From an uncultured delta proteobacterium (lineage in GTDB: Bacteria > Myxococcota_A > UBA9160 > UBA4427): 64,000 bases of DNA. The stretch covers positions 237,737 through 301,736 of the forward strand of contig CAWGJT010000001.1 of NCBI GenBank assembly GCA_963822965.1. Reading direction: 5' to 3'. Below, piece after piece: positions 52,721-63,530 of the stretch. The notes below the pieces were generated by a model. The model was given only the letters and a program-made list of their open reading frames with translations. It was not told where the DNA came from and did not search any database. The first letter of the stretch is position 1, and every line of letters starts with the position of its first letter. Made by a program: the position numbers and the translations under genes.

Positions 52721-52856
52721 CGTGGGGGTTTCCTCTTCTTTTCTCTGGAATCTCTGGAATCTCGATTCCGTGGGCCCGGACCCTACGATGCAGGATCCGG
52801 GATCTTCGTTTCAGGGCGCCTGCGAGCCCGCCGCAATCGTACCGAAGCGGGGCGAA

Positions 52857-54203
52857 TCAGCCCGCCACGAAGTACTTTCCGACGTTGATCACCGGGTTCG
52901 TGAAGAAGCGCCGCGGCTCACCGCTGGCGGCGGCCTTGGCGAGGACTTCGGGAACGGGCAGGCCCGCGTTCTCGATCATCTGGACCGCCGAGGCGGCGCC
53001 CATGGTGTCCACCAGCACGCTCGGCGGCGCCCAGTTGAAGCCCGCGCCCATGATCAGGTCGATGCCGGTGATCGTCTCGGTCACCTCGCCCGCCCGGTGG
53101 AACGCGTAGCTCACGTAGCCGGCGACCACCTTGCGCGCAATGGCGGCCTCGTCCCCGTCGGCCTCCAGAAAGACCTGGATGCCCTCCCGGTAGCGGGCCT
53201 GGGCGTAGAGCTTCGCCACGTCCTCGATGTAGCCGAGGTCCGGCAGCACGATCTCGCTCACGGGCCGGTAGTCGCCCGATGCGACGTCGAGGCAGAGGCG
53301 GGTCTTGCCGTCCCGCTTGAAGAAGCCGGCGCCGGACTTGTCGCCGAGCACGCCCCGGTCCATCAGCTGCGCCATGTAGGCCGGCAGCTCGAGGGTCGCG
53401 TGGGCCTCGTCGTTCGTGTTCTCGAAGACGTTGTCCACGATGGCACGGTGGATGTCCCACCCGACCAGGTCGATGGTGGCGAGCGGCGTCAGCGCCCGGC
53501 CCGTGTAGGGGCCGATCAGGCGGTCCACCAGCACGGGCCCGAGCTGCTCGGCGAGCTGGGCCGCCTCGTTGAGCACCTTGAAGCCCACGCGGTTGCCCGC
53601 GAAGGCGGGCGTGTCGGCCGTGCGGACCATCTCCCGGCCGAGCCGCACCCGGGAGAACGCCTCGACGAAGTCCAGCACCGCCGGGTCGGTATCGTCCCCC
53701 GCGATCAGCTCGGTCCCGGTGATCACGTTCGGCGGATTGAAGAAGTGCAGCCCCAGAAAGTTCTTCCGGAAGGAGTCGCTCCGCCCCTTGCACAGGGCGT
53801 TGATCGAGAGGCCCGAGGTGACGGTGGCCACGATCGCGTCGTCGCGGCGCGCCTTCTCCACCCGGTCGAACATGTCCTTCTTGATCGCGAAGTCCTCGGT
53901 GAGGGCCTCGAACACGAGATCTGCCCGGGAGACCGCCGCTTCGAGATCCTCGTCGTAGCTCCCGGTCTCGGCGCGGGACGCCACGGTGGGGGAGCGCACC
54001 TGCTTGATCGCCGCGGCCAGCCCCTCCTCCGCCTTCTCCCGGGTACGCGCCAGGAACGTGACGTGGGGAACGGCCTGGGTGAAGAGGGCGGCGCTGCCGT
54101 ATCCCATGGTGCCGTTGGCACCCAGCACGACGACTCGTTCGAGGTTGCGACTGGCGAGGATCTTTCTCACGTCCGCCGCGCGGGGGGGCGTATTCGAAGA
54201 CAT
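52857..54203 (-). CDS. 3-hydroxyacyl-CoA dehydrogenase family protein
   Basis: GANGTMG, FEALTED, GLHFFNPP, FAGNR. Confidence 0.9.
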   Translation of the reverse strand: MSSNTPPRAADVRKILASRNLERVVVLGANGTMGYGSAALFTQAVPHVTFLARTREKAEEGLAAAIKQVRSPTVASRAETGSYDEDLEAAVSRADLVFEALTEDFAIKKDMFDRVEKARRDDAIVATVTSGLSINALCKGRSDSFRKNFLGLHFFNPPNVITGTELIAGDDTDPAVLDFVEAFSRVRLGREMVRTADTPAFAGNRVGFKVLNEAAQLAEQLGPVLVDRLIGPYTGRALTPLATIDLVGWDIHRAIVDNVFENTNDEAHATLELPAYMAQLMDRGVLGDKSGAGFFKRDGKTRLCLDVASGDYRPVSEIVLPDLGYIEDVAKLYAQARYREGIQVFLEADGDEAAIARKVVAGYVSYAFHRAGEVTETITGIDLIMGAGFNWAPPSVLVDTMGAASAVQMIENAGLPVPEVLAKAAASGEPRRFFTNPVINVGKYFVAG

Positions 54204-54539
54204 GCTTGCTCCCATGGCTGGGTCTGGTGGATGCCTCCCGGATTCTCGCTGCAGGCCGGGAGTGGTTCTGGGGTGAGTGGTCTTCCTTGGAAGGGTCGTG
54301 ACGAAACGTCGTGACGCTGCCGCCCCGGACCTGCCCGCACGACGCGGCGGCCGCACGCTGGGCCGGGCATTCTACTTTCTCGCATGTAAGGCAGTCAGTC
54401 AATACAAGCCCCCGGTTTTGCTACCGAAGTGGGCATAACCCCCATGCGGCGGCGGCTCCGGGGGGCTTCTGCGCGCCGGCTGCCGGCGGGATTGGGAGGC
54501 AGCTCGGGTGACCTGGGGTCAGCGGCTACCTTCCGGCGC

Positions 54540-54992
54540 ATGATCGACATCTACGTGGACGCCGACGCCTGCCCGGTGAAGGACGAGGTCTACCGGGTGG
54601 CCGCGCGCCACGGGCTGTACGTCATCCTGGTGGCCAACTCGCGGATGCGGATCCCGGAGGGTGCGGGGGTCGAGCTGGTGCTGGTGGACGACGGCCCCGA
54701 CGCGGCGGACGACTGGATCGCCGACCACATCCGGGAAGGCGACGTGGCCGTCACCGCCGACATCCCGCTGGCCGCCCGCTGCCTCGCCGTGGGCGCCCGG
54801 GTGCTTGGAACCAGCGGGGTCGCCTTCAGCGAGGACTCCATCGGCGGTGCGCTCGCCACCCGCGAGCTCAAGAGCGAGCTCCGGGAGGCGGGGATCGCGG
54901 CGGGCGGACCGCCGCCCATCTCCTCACGCGACCGCTCGCGCTTCCTGGCGAAGCTCGACGAGCTCGTCCAGCAGGGCCGTGCGAGGCACTAG
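54540..54992 (+). CDS. YaiI/YqxD (DUF188) family protein
   Basis: IYVDADACPVK, DAADDWI, TADIPLA. Confidence 0.92.
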   Translation: MIDIYVDADACPVKDEVYRVAARHGLYVILVANSRMRIPEGAGVELVLVDDGPDAADDWIADHIREGDVAVTADIPLAARCLAVGARVLGTSGVAFSEDSIGGALATRELKSELREAGIAAGGPPPISSRDRSRFLAKLDELVQQGRARH

Positions 54993-55027
54993 ACTCGAAG
55001 CTCTCCTCCTCACCTGGGAGCCACACC

Positions 55028-55834
55028 ATGACCCCCGCCCCCGTCCTCGAGATCGTCGATCGCGGCTTCGTGCGCCTGCTGAGACTCAACCGCCCCGCGC
55101 GCAAGAATGCGCTCAACGAGTCGCTGGGCTGGGCGATCGTTTCCGCCGTGCGGGAGGCCGCGCGCGACGACGCCGTGCGCGTCGTGGCGGTCACGGGCGC
55201 GGGCGACGCCTTCTGCTCGGGGCTCGACCTCGGTCCCGGAGACCCTTCCGGCGAGCCTCCGCTCTCCGCCCAGGAGCGGATCGTCGACGACCTGGGCTGG
55301 GTGAACCGCTTTCCCCTCGCCATGCGGGTGGAGTGCGAGAAGCCCGTCGTCGCGGGGCTGAACGGTGCGGCGGTGGGTGCCGGCTTCTCCCTGGCGATGT
55401 GCGCGGACATCCGGCTCGCCAGCCCTGCTGCCCGCTTCCTCGCCGGCTACGCCCGGGCGGGAACCTCGCCCGACGGCGGGCTCACCTGGACCCTGCCCCA
55501 GGCCATCGGCTACGAGCGCGCGATGCGCTTCCTGCTGGAGCAGGAGATGGTGTCCGCGGAGCGCGCGCTGGCCCTCGGAATCGTCGGCGAGGTGGTGACC
55601 GGCGAGGACTTCGAGGGCCGCCTCCTCGACTACTGCGAACGGCTCGCGAGCGTCGCCCCCATCGCGGTGCGACAGACCAAGCGGATGCTCGGCCGCGCGT
55701 CGACGAGCACGAGCCTCGAAGCGCATCTGCGCGAGGAGATCGCCAACGCCCGGCGGGGCCTCGCTACCGAGGATGGACGCGAGGCCGTCCAGGCCATCCG
55801 CGAGAAGCGACCTCCGGTCTTCCGCGGACGCTGA
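55028..55834 (+). CDS. Enoyl-CoA hydratase/isomerase family protein
   Basis: LNRPARKNAL, FCSGLDL, GAGFSLAMCAD, PDGG. Confidence 0.93.
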   Translation: MTPAPVLEIVDRGFVRLLRLNRPARKNALNESLGWAIVSAVREAARDDAVRVVAVTGAGDAFCSGLDLGPGDPSGEPPLSAQERIVDDLGWVNRFPLAMRVECEKPVVAGLNGAAVGAGFSLAMCADIRLASPAARFLAGYARAGTSPDGGLTWTLPQAIGYERAMRFLLEQEMVSAERALALGIVGEVVTGEDFEGRLLDYCERLASVAPIAVRQTKRMLGRASTSTSLEAHLREEIANARRGLATEDGREAVQAIREKRPPVFRGR

Positions 55835-55946
55835 CACCGGGCGGATCGATCGGGCCCGCACCGTCGGGCGTGGGGTCGGGCCGGCTGGACCCGCCGCTGA
55901 CGCCTCCCCTACCCTGGCGGCAGATCGCCACCGGACGAGGTGCCCC

Positions 55947-57131
55947 ATGACGACTCCCTACGCCCGCAAGCGCGTCTGCTGGGACGCCGACAGCCACCTG
56001 ATGCCGCTGCCGGACTTCCTCGCGAGGCACGCCGACCCCAAGCACCGCGAAGCACTGCGGATCGACGGCGGTCGGAACGGAGGAGAGGGCTTCGAGAAGT
56101 GGTTCGGCAAGATCGTCGCGAGCGTCGAGGAGCGGAGGGCCGACCCCGAGGCGACCGCCGCCCTCGAGCGCGACGTGATCGCGAGCGCCAAGGGCTGGGC
56201 GGCGCACGGGGCGGTCCACGGCGAGGAGCGAAGCCGCACCCTGGAGCTGCTGGGCTTCCGCGGACAGCTCGTCTTCTCGACCTTCGCCGGCCACTTCCTC
56301 GCGAGCCGCGACGTCGATCTGGCCTACGCCGGCGCCCGCGCCCACAGCCGCGCCATGGCCGAGTTCTGCAGCCACCATGAAGGCCTGCTGCCGGTCGCGA
56401 TGATTCCGCTGATCGACCCGGCCCGGGCCCTCGCGGAGCTGGACGCCGCCCTCGACCTGGGCTGCCGGGCCGTGCACGTCCCCTCGGATGCGCCCGGCGG
56501 CAACACCCGCGGCTTCTCTCCCGCGCATGTCGACCTCGACCCATTCTGGGCCCGCCTCGAGGAACGCGGCACGCCGGTGGTGCTGCACATCGGCGGGGGA
56601 AGGCTGCTACCCCGAGCCTACCATGAGAACGGCCGGCCGCGTCCCAAGGACTGGCTCGGAGGCGGCGAGAACCTTCGCGCCAAGGACTTCCCCGCGGTCC
56701 ACCACTCCCCCGCCAACTTCCTGACGGCCATGGTCCTCGACGGGATCTTCGATCGACACCCGGGGCTTCGCTGCGGCGCGATCGAGCTGGGAGCGTCCTG
56801 GGTCCCGGGGCTGCTCCGCAACCTCGATCACGCCTACGACAACTTCCGCCGCAACGAGCCGCTGGTGCAGGCCCTGTCGCTCCGGCCCTCGGAGCTCGTC
56901 CGGCGGCAGGTGAAGTTCACGCCCTTCCCCTTCGAGGACGTGGGATGGCTCGTGCAGCAGGCCGGAGAGGAGCTCTTCCTCTTCTCGTCCGACTACCCGC
57001 ATCCGGAGGGGGGTCGGGATCCCATCGGACGGTTCGAAGCCAGCCTGGACGCGGCCGCGATCGGCGCCGACGCCCGCGAGCGCTTCTACGCGGGCAACTT
57101 CGAGGAGATGATGGGGATCGGCCGGTCCTGA
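55947..57131 (+). CDS. Amidohydrolase family protein
   Basis: DADSHLM, IELGASW, FSSDYPHPEG. Confidence 0.88.
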   Translation: MTTPYARKRVCWDADSHLMPLPDFLARHADPKHREALRIDGGRNGGEGFEKWFGKIVASVEERRADPEATAALERDVIASAKGWAAHGAVHGEERSRTLELLGFRGQLVFSTFAGHFLASRDVDLAYAGARAHSRAMAEFCSHHEGLLPVAMIPLIDPARALAELDAALDLGCRAVHVPSDAPGGNTRGFSPAHVDLDPFWARLEERGTPVVLHIGGGRLLPRAYHENGRPRPKDWLGGGENLRAKDFPAVHHSPANFLTAMVLDGIFDRHPGLRCGAIELGASWVPGLLRNLDHAYDNFRRNEPLVQALSLRPSELVRRQVKFTPFPFEDVGWLVQQAGEELFLFSSDYPHPEGGRDPIGRFEASLDAAAIGADARERFYAGNFEEMMGIGRS

Positions 57132-57160
57132 GATCCCGGCGCCGGTGGATCCGGCACCAC

Positions 57161-57421
57161 TCAGGACTGGATGCCGGCCTCGATCTCGGCGCGCACGAAG
57201 CGGCGCCGCACCCAGAAGACCACGCCGCCCACCACCGCCAGCGGCAGGAACGTCATGAACGCGGTGCTCGCGATGAACGCCACGCGAGTCGCGCCGCTCT
57301 GGGACTGGAAGCAGACCGCGCAGGCGTGGGCCGCCCCCGGCAGCAGGACGAGGGCGACCGCGAGCCCGACGAGAGCCCCGGTCCGAACGAAGTCGCGAGT
57401 TGCCATCATGCTTCCCGTCAT
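57161..57421 (-). CDS. Small membrane protein with CxxC (ACAVC), last gene of the oxidase operon
   Basis: Signal-like segment, HACAVCF, then one TM helix; ATGA overlap with upstream subunit III gene. Confidence 0.7.
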   Translation of the reverse strand: MTGSMMATRDFVRTGALVGLAVALVLLPGAAHACAVCFQSQSGATRVAFIASTAFMTFLPLAVVGGVVFWVRRRFVRAEIEAGIQS

Positions 57422-58002
57422 CCCAGATACACCTGCAGGTAGAGGATCGGCCACAGACCGACCACGAAGTACCAGAATACCTGCCCCGCCGCGAACGTCC
57501 CCGCCGGCAGACGCGCCTGGGAGAGGCGGAGCCAGTGCTGGCAGAGCACGCAGATCGCCGCCACCGCGTGCAGGGCGTGCATGCCCACGATCAGGTAGAA
57601 GAAGGCCCCCAGCGTGCCCGAGGTGAGCGTCAGCCCCTGTCCGATGAGGCGAACCCACTCGACCCCCTGGAACACGACGAAGAAGGCGCCGAGACCGATG
57701 GCGATCGCGAAGGGCTTTCGGGCGCTCAGGGGCCTCCGCTTGAAGGCCCGCTGGGCGAAGAAGAGCACCACCCCGCTGGCCAGCAGCATGGCCGTGTTGA
57801 AGGCCGTCGCTTCGATGGGAAGACGCGGCTGGTCGGGCGGCGGCCAGGGACCCAGGTTGTTCGCCTTGGCGATGGCCAGGGCGCTCATCAGGCCTGCGAA
57901 GAGCATCGTCTCGGCGACGATGAACACCACCGTTCCGACGACGGCGCTCTCGATCACAGGCTGCCGCCGGGGCGGGGGAACGACCTGCAGCGAAGGGCTC
58001 AT
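57418..58002 (-). CDS. Cytochrome c oxidase subunit III family protein (second copy)
   Basis: FIVAETMLFAGL, NTAMLLASG, FYLIVGMHALH, FWYFV. Confidence 0.9.
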   Translation of the reverse strand: MSPSLQVVPPPRRQPVIESAVVGTVVFIVAETMLFAGLMSALAIAKANNLGPWPPPDQPRLPIEATAFNTAMLLASGVVLFFAQRAFKRRPLSARKPFAIAIGLGAFFVVFQGVEWVRLIGQGLTLTSGTLGAFFYLIVGMHALHAVAAICVLCQHWLRLSQARLPAGTFAAGQVFWYFVVGLWPILYLQVYLG

Positions 58003-58060
58003 GCTGACCAAGAACGACCTCGCCTGGCTGAGGGAGCCCTCGGGCCCCGTTCGCGGCGTC

Positions 58061-58433
58061 CTAGTGGTGCGACTCCGACTCCTGGTGCGACTCCGACTCG
58101 TGCCTCGCGAGCGCGGCCTCGACGTCGGCCTTGACCATCGGCTTCTCCCACTGCCAGCCGTCGTGCTTCATCACGTCGGGCGCGCTGCCCGCGAAGAACA
58201 GGAACATGAAGACGAGCACGGTGGTCAGCATGTAGGTGGCGAACCGCTTCTCGAACTTCAGGTGCATGAAGTTCGCGGCCACGAGATACGCCTTCACGAT
58301 CGCGATGCCGAAGGCGGTGATCAGCGTGAGCGAGCCGGATCCCGAACATCGGACCGATCACGGAGATGCAGAGGAGACCCACCAGGATCGCCCACACGCG
58401 GACGTAGTTCGGATGATGGTACTCACCGGACAT
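58061..58433 (-). CDS. ctaF: Cytochrome c oxidase subunit IV (frameshift near 58330)
   Basis: YVRVWAIL, KAYLVAANFMHLKFE. Confidence 0.85.
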
Positions 58434-58444
58434 GGCGCGTCTCC

Positions 58445-59024
<580 letters not shown>

Positions 59025-59082
59025 TGCCTTGCCATCCTCGAAGCCTGCGCTCTGAAGGGTTGCTTGCCTTCCGCCGGAACGA

Positions 59083-60799
59083 TCAGCTCGGCGCGTTCTG
59101 CGGCCAGAAGTCTTCGGCCCGACCGGGCGTTGCGTACTCGTAGGGGCCGCGGTAGACCTTCGGCATCTCCTTGCCGAAGTTGCCGTGGGGCGGCGGTGAA
59201 GCCGTCTGCCATTCCAGGGTGTTCGCGCGCCACGGATTCCGCGGCGCCTTCTTGCCCTTGAACATGCTGTAGAAGAAGTTCGCCAGGAAGACGAACTGGA
59301 AGGCCAGCATGATCAGGAGCGAGACGGTCGCGAAGATCGCGCAGGTCCTGCATGCCCGGCGAAGCCAGCTCCGGGAAGTTCTGGAAGTTGTAGATGCGGC
59401 GGTGCTGTCCACCCATCCCCAGCAGGAAGAGCGGGATGAAGATGCCGTTGAAGGGGATGATCGTCCCCCAGAAATGGATCTTCCCCAGGGTCTCGTTCAT
59501 CATGCGCCCGAACATCTTCGGGAACCAGTAGGTGACGCCCGCGTAGGTGCCGATGATGGCGATCGGGAAGAACGTGTAGTGGAAGTGGGCGAGCACGAAG
59601 TAGGTGTCGTGGAAGTAGATGTCCGCGCCGCTCGCGCCCAGGAAGATGCCCGTCACGCCGCCGATCAGGAACTCGCCGACGAAGGACAGCGCCCACAGCA
59701 TCGGCGTGGACAGCGTGATCGAGCCTTTGTACAGGGTGGCGATGTAGACGAACATCAGCTCGGCGATCGGGATCGAGATGAGCAGCGTCGTGATCGTGAA
59801 GACGTGGGCCATGCGCGGGTCGATGCCCGCGATGAACTGGTGGTGCGCCCACACCATGAAGCGAGAGCACGCCGGTCGCGAAGGTCGTGTAGAGGATCGT
59901 CTTGTAGGCGAAGAGCTTCTTGCGCGCGAAGGTGGCCAGGATCTCCGCGGTGATGCCCATGGCGGGCAGCAGCACCACGTAGACCTCCGGGTGCCCGAAG
60001 AACCAGAAGAGGTGCTGCCAGAGGACCGGGTCCCCGCCGCGGTCCGGGATCGTAGAAGTTGGTCCCGATGAGCTGGTCGAAGAGCAGCATCACGGCGCCG
60101 GCGAAGAGCGGCCCCACCGAAGCCATGAAGAGGATGCTCGCGATCACGATCATCCAGACCACCACCGGGATGTCGTACATCTTCATGCCCTCGGCGCGCG
60201 AGTTCATCGCCGTGGTCACGAAGTTGATGCCGCCGAGCAGGAAGGCCACGAATTCCAGCGCCACCGCGATCACCCAGATCGACGATCCGAGCGGCGTCAG
60301 GTTGTACTGCGCCTTCGCCGAGAGCGGCGGGTAGGCCGTCCAGGCGCCGCCGAAGCCGCCGCCCTGCACGAAGAACGAGGAGATCAGCACGATCGCCGAG
60401 AGCAGGAAGATCTGGTACGAGAGCCGGTTGATCCGCGGGAACACCATGTCGTCGCAGCCGCACATCAGCGGGATGAGGAAGTTCCCGAAGGCCGCGATCA
60501 GCACCGGCATCGCCACCCAGAAGATCATGATGGAGCCGTGGTTCGTGATCAGCGAGTTGTACTCGGCCGGCGAGACGACTCCCCAGCCCGGGACCGAGAT
60601 GCCCGGAAAGGCGAGCTGCATCCGGAAGGCGTAGGAGAAGAAGCCGCCGATCATCGCCATCGGCCATGCCGGTGAACATGTACTGCATGGCGATCATCTT
60701 GTGGTCGGTGGAGAACAGGTACTTGGTGACGAAGCCCTGCTCGTGATGCTCGTGGGCGTCGTGGGCGTGTGCACCCGAGACGGGAATCGATTCAGCCAT
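59083..60799 (-). CDS. ctaD: Cytochrome c oxidase subunit I, A1 type (multiple frameshifts)
   Basis: [47 protein letters not shown]. Confidence 0.95.
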
Positions 60800-61512
60800 C
60801 GTTGCTCCTCCGGCGCGGCCGGTGTAGCGGGCGGCCAGGGCCGTCGTCGAGTGTGTCCGCGATCCAGGCCGCATGCTGCTCGGGCGTCTCGATGACGATG
60901 CTTCCCGCGCATGATGCCGTGCCCGATGCCGCAGATCTCGGCGCACTGGATGTCGAACTCACCGGTCTCCGTGGCCTGGAACCAGCCCTTGATGACGCGG
61001 CCGGGGATCGCGTCCTGCTTCAGGCGGAAGACGGGCACCGAGAAGTCGTGCAGGACGTCGCGGGCCTGCAGCTCGTAGATGTAGGGCTGGTTCGCGACCG
61101 ACGTGCAGCTCGTCCACCGTCTTGATGTCGTCGTCGGTGTCGAGCTTCCCGTCGGCGCCCGGGGTGCACGAAGCTCCAGGCCCACTGCTGCCCGATGATG
61201 CGAACCGTCGCGTAGGGGGTCTCGGGCAGGGTCTGCTTGACGTTCACCCACACCCGCACGGCGCCGTAGATGATGAAGAGGTCGCACACGAGCACCAGCA
61301 GGTGGGGGATGGTCACCCAGCGCTTGAGCTCCTTCTCCTCGCCGGTCACGTACTCGCTGGGCCCGTTGCGAGGCCCGGTACCGGAAGATGAAGTAGAAGA
61401 ACACGCCCTGGCAGAGCAGGAACCAGAAGCCGACCAACGCACCGATCAAGAGGATCAGGTGGTCGATGCTTCCCGAGTAGGTCGATATCGAAGGCAGATA
61501 CTTTTCGATCAT
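60792..61512 (-). CDS. ctaC: Cytochrome c oxidase subunit II (multiple frameshifts; 3' end approximate)
   Basis: GQQWAW, DVLHDF, KQDAIPG, CAEICGIGHGIM CuA motif. Confidence 0.93.
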
Positions 61513-61606
61513 TTTCGCTGTGCGCTCCTGCTGCTGCGCTGGGTGACCCGGTGGATTCCCGCCTGGACGTCCGGGCGGCGGCGCAGGCCCGCCCGACCGA
61601 CCCGGG

Positions 61607-61711
61607 CTAGAGGACGAAGATGATGACCACGCCGATGAAGGCTGCGATCCCCGCCATCGAGATACCGAAGGCGCGGAAGGCGAGATCTTCGGGCGTGTAG
61701 CTCTTGGCCAT
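61607..61711 (-). CDS. 34-aa single-TM microprotein (absent from ORF track)
   Basis: MAKSYTPEDLAFRAFGISMAGIAAFIGVVIIFVL*; AAAAGGAA upstream; GC-rich third positions. Confidence 0.7.
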   Translation of the reverse strand: MAKSYTPEDLAFRAFGISMAGIAAFIGVVIIFVL

Positions 61712-61780
61712 GCTGGGACGTTCCTTTTGGTACTGCTGCCTGTTGCGTGTTGCGATTCGTGGCGATGAGGCGCGGGCCCT

Positions 61781-62455
61781 TCACTCGCCCAGGGTCATGA
61801 TGTACGCGACCACGTCCCGCACGGACTGGTCGGTCGTGAGGGTCGCCGCCATGGGACTGTTCGGCCCCATGAGCACCCCGTACGGATCGCCGGGCTGCGT
61901 GCCGCGCACGCCCGCCTTGAACTTCTCGAGCTGGGTGACGAGGTACCAGTCGTTCAAGGTGTGGAGGGGCGGCGCCTTCATCGCCTCGATGCCCTGGGCC
62001 GCGGGGCCGTGGCACGCAGCGCACAGCGTATAGAGCGCCTTGCCCGCCTCGGCGTTGCCCTCCAGGGTGGGCTTCGGATCCACGGCGGGCAGGCTGGCGA
62101 CGTAGGCCGCCACGTTCACGACGTCCTGGTCGCCGGCAGCGTGAGCGACATGGGGCGCATGCGCATGCCCGAGATGTCGTCGAAGTGGTGCCCGCGGTAG
62201 CCCTGCCGGAACTCGTGGAGCTGCATCACGACGTACCACTGCGGGAGCCCCGCGATCGACGGCGCCAGGAACATCTCGTTGCCGTGGGCCTCCGCACCGT
62301 GGCACTGGGCGCAGAGCTGGAAGAGCTCGGCGCCGCGTGCGAGATCGGGCTCGGCCGTCGCCTCGGCGCGCGCCTCGGGCCGCGCCCGAAAGCACGGTGC
62401 CCGCGGCCAGCGCGATCCCGGCGACCGCAATCCCGATCCTGGTTCTCAATTCCAT
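61781..62455 (-). CDS. Di-haem cytochrome c (c4-like; frameshifts near 62380 and 62135)
   Basis: Signal peptide; CAQCH and CAACH; distal Met candidates (MRPM, LMGP..PM). Confidence 0.88.
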   Translation of the reverse strand: MELRTRIGIAVAGIALAAGTVLSGAARGARRGDGRARSRTRRRALPALRPVPRCGGPRQRDVPGAVDRGAPAVVRRDAAPRVPAGLPRAPLRRHLGHAHAPHVAHAAGDQDVVNVAAYVASLPAVDPKPTLEGNAEAGKALYTLCAACHGPAAQGIEAMKAPPLHTLNDWYLVTQLEKFKAGVRGTQPGDPYGVLMGPNSPMAATLTTDQSVRDVVAYIMTLGE

Positions 62456-62849
62456 CGAATCATCCCCAACCCGGTCGTACGCCGGGCCGTCACGCACTCG
62501 TGTCGGCTGCGCGCCCTCGTCGCAGCGGACGTCCGGCGAGACCCTGGCCGATGCATCCGGGCCCCGCGTGCACTCGAGCGCCCGAACCTGGGCGAAAGCT
62601 CGCTGGGAGCGTGGCGGAAGCGCCCGATCCCCCTCGTTCCGAACGCGAAGGGGGTAGCCAATCCCCCGAGGATACTCAATGGGGAAAACAACTCTGCAGC
62701 GCCTCGATGCGCGCGCGCCGACGGGCCACGCGTCCCGGTGCCGGTGCCCGATCCCCACGCGGGGCAGATGGGCGCACGCGTCCGCAACGAATCGTTGCAC
62801 GCCCGACTCCCGACTCCCGACGCCGGGCGGCCGGGTCCGCACCCGTGGA

Positions 62850-63284
62850 TCAGGATGCGGTCGGGTTCAGGTGGTAGAGGAGCACGTAGATCAGCACCCC
62901 GGTCACGGACACGTACATCCAGACGGGCCAGGCGATGCGCGCGAGACGCCGGTGCCGTTCACGCTCGTCGCGCAGTCCCAGGCGGATCAGCAGGATGGCC
63001 AGCACCGGCACCGCCATCGCCAGGGTGACGTGCGAGAAGAGCATCAGCAGATAGGCGACCTTCGCCATCCCGCCGACGTGCAGGGTGGTGCTCTCGAAGC
63101 CTCTCGACGCCTTGTGGACCAGGTAGCAGCCGAGGAAGATCGCCGAGACCCCGAAGGCCGAGAGCATCACGCGTCGATGCGCGTCGATGCGGCCCTGCCG
63201 GGCGAGGCGACGGCCGACGACGAGGAGGACCGCCGCGCTGCCGTTGAGACTGGCGTTGACTGCCGGCAGGAACGAGAGATCCAA
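62850..63284 (-). CDS. DUF420 (CtaM/YozB-like) membrane protein
   Basis: LPAVNASLN, HRRVM, HRRLARIAWPVWMYVSVTGVLIY; CAGGAGG RBS before TTG. Confidence 0.9.
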   Translation of the reverse strand: MDLSFLPAVNASLNGSAAVLLVVGRRLARQGRIDAHRRVMLSAFGVSAIFLGCYLVHKASRGFESTTLHVGGMAKVAYLLMLFSHVTLAMAVPVLAILLIRLGLRDERERHRRLARIAWPVWMYVSVTGVLIYVLLYHLNPTAS

Positions 63285-63530
63285 GGCGGCCTCCTGTGGA
63301 GGGCGGTGGTAGCAGGCTCCGTCGCCGGAAGCCCGGCCGCGGCGCCCCCGCCGGGCCGCGCCCGCGCCCGCGGCCGGCGGGGACGGGACGATGCCGCTCG
63401 CCACCATGTGGGACCGACCGTATCCTGCGGTGCGGCCGACCGACGTGCGCGCCGCAACCGTACAGGGCCCCTTCCGGCACCCCGGCGGTCGCTGCGCGCT
63501 CGGGGCAGGCCCCGGGACCGGAGATCTCGC

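Noticed and set aside
52742..52763. 9-bp tandem TCTCTGGAA upstream of the thiolase
   Set aside because: Too short to distinguish a binding site from chance or slippage.
54365..54410. AT-richer patch with TTGACT and TAGAAT on the minus strand upstream of the 3-hydroxyacyl-CoA dehydrogenase
   Set aside because: The two hexamers are 22 nt apart, too far for a sigma-70 call; likely a promoter region but not assignable.
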